Shown here: piece after piece, positions 61,101 through 64,000 of the stretch
How the letters are laid out: each line of letters starts with the position of its first letter
How positions within the stretch are numbered: position 1 is the stretch's first letter
DNA from: Trichoplax adhaerens
Taxonomy: Eukaryota; Animalia; Placozoa
DNA length: 64,000 bases
Assembly (NCBI RefSeq): GCF_000150275.1
Contig: NW_002060947.1
Coordinates: forward strand, 1,481,199-1,545,198
Reading direction: 5' to 3'
Made by a program: the position numbers and the translations under genes
The notes under the pieces: generated by a model
The model's input: the letters and a program-made list of their open reading frames with translations, nothing else
Databases searched by the model: none
Told to the model about the DNA's origin: nothing

Positions 61101-64000
61101 CATGAAACCCCCATAGTAACTCGTTCATTATCTTGCGCTATTATTGTCGCTCCTACTCCCGTTTAGTAAGTAAAATCTTATTGATTGCTATACAAATCAA
61201 AAGAATGATCCTTGAATACTACTTTATTGCTATACTATTTTCCCTCATCATCGATAAACTATTGCTATTGATGATGGATAGTGCAGTACTGACAGTCTCC
61301 AATCTCCATCCATCATCTACAAATGTTGTTTATAAAATTTTATGACCGATAGGTTAACTCCAGCGCGTGATAATCCTATTTATTTAATTTATTCTAAAAT
61401 GATGAACTCAAAAATCACCTTGATCAAGATCGAGGAAAATAACATCGCAATATTGTACTCATCGACTGATATTTGAATAGGACGCTATTGTTGAATCAAC
61501 CTTTGACGTAGGCTCTGATCAATATTCACACCCCTCAGCTCCTCCTCTCTACTAACACCAGTCTGTATCCATTTGCGCATATATTAATCGGTCATTATGT
61601 TCATTTTCTTCAGACGAAAGCATCCTAATTATGTTCATCTCAATTGATCTTGCATGCGTAACCTTAACCTATGAAAGAAGTAATCCTAAGTTCTAGCATG
61701 GGCCTTGTGTTTTTGTTTCCTTGTTGGCTTTTCTCAAGTTATGCCATCATCCTATCGCTACTTGGACAACTTTATAACCTTTTTAATCTTTTCTCTTATT
61801 CTACAGCGGTGATAACATGTTGCATAATGTCAGCTACAAAAGGCGAAAGGAATAAACAGAATGTTTTCGTTTTATACTTTTACGCTAAATAATAACCAGT
61901 TAGGATATAAAAGCTTATAAAATATTAGTCATCCATACAGCACTTAGACCATGCTTGAAATCAATTTTTTTAAGCTGCAATCGAGTCACTCTGTTTTCAG
62001 TCAAAAGCACCCAGAAGAGTGCTTTTGATTAGCAGCGAATTAGATCAGACAATATTCTTTTGTCCATGGCATACATTTGTGGATGCATGCTTATTAGCTG
62101 ATACTGATGCATACAGTAACTTTAAATAATCATCTTTTGACTCCAGAATAACCCCTTATGCATGCATATTTACCGAAAGTGATTGATCCAATTTTCTTAG
62201 TGATTCAATGAAGAAGCGATCAAGGGACGAAAAAGTTCTACATGTATTCATGGGTAAATAACTATTCCGTAGCAATGCTAGTAAACTTTGATAGGATACT
62301 GTAGATAACTAAATAGATAGAATTAATTGCGTAAACTTTGGATAAATTTCCTTGGTCTCGCTATCCCACACTACCGTAATACTACGCTTTTTTACAAGGT
62401 TAACTACATCAGTTAAGAAGGACTTTATTCTTCTAATTTATGCTTATGATTGGCTATAAAATCATGATTCAAACATGATATACATGAAACTATCAATTTC
62501 GCTTATTCTAAATATCACTACATACGCACCATTTCCATATCAAAATTATATCGGTTTAAGCATTGCAATAATTACTCTATTAAAAGAGACAAACTGACCT
62601 AATTTACCTTGTTTACGCTATAGAACTGAAAAGCTGTTTTTATCTTGTTTATTGTTGGTAAATTATTTTCTTAACAGAATTATTGAAAGCTAATAAATAT
62701 TAAAAAAATGACCGCTTTTCTAGCCGTTTATTCATTTATTTTGCTCTAGTCCAGTTAATCTCGATTTCTGAAGATATTCCTATCCAACGTTTCTTACTAT
62801 CAAATAATTGCAATATTGTATAATAAAATTAGAGACTGGCTAATTCTATCCATTGGCCAATATTCCAATCAGCGACAGTAGTACTCTTACATTTTTCTAT
62901 ATGCATTGCCCATAGTATGCACAGTAACACTGTATTGAACGAAAAATTATTCAACGGCAAATCAAAGAATATTGTTATATACTGTATATCAAGAGTATGA
63001 AATAGTAATTATAAAAATAGGAACTCTTTTATCATTGCAGACTTTTAGGTCGGAGACTTCTTTTTTAATGATTCAGCGACATACTTATATCTCTGTTGCG
63101 CGCCATGATTGAGCTAAAATCATCATTTCTGACCTTTACGCGGTACGCATTAAGTTCATAACGGTCAGGGCCGAAAGTAAATTTGCATCGAAATTAAAAT
63201 ATATCTCATAATATACAGTCATTTCTGGGCAATATCATAAGACTTACTGTAATTCTTTTACTATCTCAAATTATCTTCAATATCGTATACGTCATATAAT
63301 CAATTCCAAGTTAAGAAATTAATTTAGACGTCGACTAAAATGTTCAAGCCATTTAGCCTTTAAGCAAATAAAGTTGCAGCGTGCTACAAACTCCTTGATT
63401 TTATTTGAATAGAATAGCTCCTAACGCTAATAGGAAGAATGCGCTAAATTTTTTTATAGTCCTCGGCCATGGAAGAAATGTAAAATAACCAACTCGTCCA
63501 GATTTTTAAAGTTATTCTTACATACCAATGTTCCTATGTCTCGGTATTATCGTAGTCGAGTTAAGGGTGTTTTCAAATTAGAAATTGATAGAATAAATTG
63601 ACACCTCGAAAGCGCAGTTATTAACTTGTCTAAATACATACCGTATACAAGCTATCTTTTTCCTCTTTATTATGATCAAATTTCACACCAAACTCATTAA
63701 TGCTAACGCTTACTGATTGTTAAAATTATGTTGTAATATTAGCTTTTTCACGCTAGCCGTTCAATTAGATCGCTCAAGAGTAGTAAGAAAATTTAAGAAA
63801 TGAATATCAATCTATCAAAGATATCTTCATTTTCTTGTATATAAGCGAGCATTGCAATTGAGCAATTATTCCATATTGTGGATCTTTATGCATTGCTATA
63901 AACAGGTTCTATTAATAATATTCAATGTAGATGATCAATGTTAGTAAAAGCAGCTAGCGTTTCTGCAGCGCAGTAACATAAAAGTTAGAATGAAATCTTA

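Noticed and set aside
1-64000. Transposase/RT genes, tRNA, rRNA, U12-type introns
   Set aside because: I recognised none; every intron I resolved is ordinary GT-AG without the U12 5' consensus.

Overview
This is AT-rich eukaryotic (animal) genomic DNA with mostly short GT-AG introns and one 671-nt assembly gap. Compactness, composition and gene content suggest an early-branching metazoan such as the placozoan Trichoplax; that assignment is inference and unverified. I spliced eight protein-coding genes by hand: KLF6/7-like (+), PAM16/Magmas (-), TFAP4/AP-4 (-), MIX23/CCDC58 (-), RMI1 (+), afadin (-), ZUP1/ZUFSP (+) and an ionotropic glutamate receptor family subunit (+). There is also an intact U2 snRNA gene. 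PAM16, RMI1 and most of MIX23 and TFAP4 are not evident from the ORF track. The most striking unexplained signal is a quasi-palindromic mosaic of CAGTA/TACTG pentamers that forms dense clusters at the PAM16/U2, MIX23/RMI1 and afadin promoters. Other highlights are two POU octamers abutting a PSE-like element of U2, a perfect NRF-1 site at PAM16, and adjacent MEF2 and CArG sites in the KLF promoter. PAM16 and TFAP4 are linked as in human, the iGluR has a glycine-type ligand pocket, and ZUP1 seems to lack the ZHA arm. Many old, locus-specific tandem arrays inflate introns and spacers. All homology calls come from remembered family motifs, not database searches.
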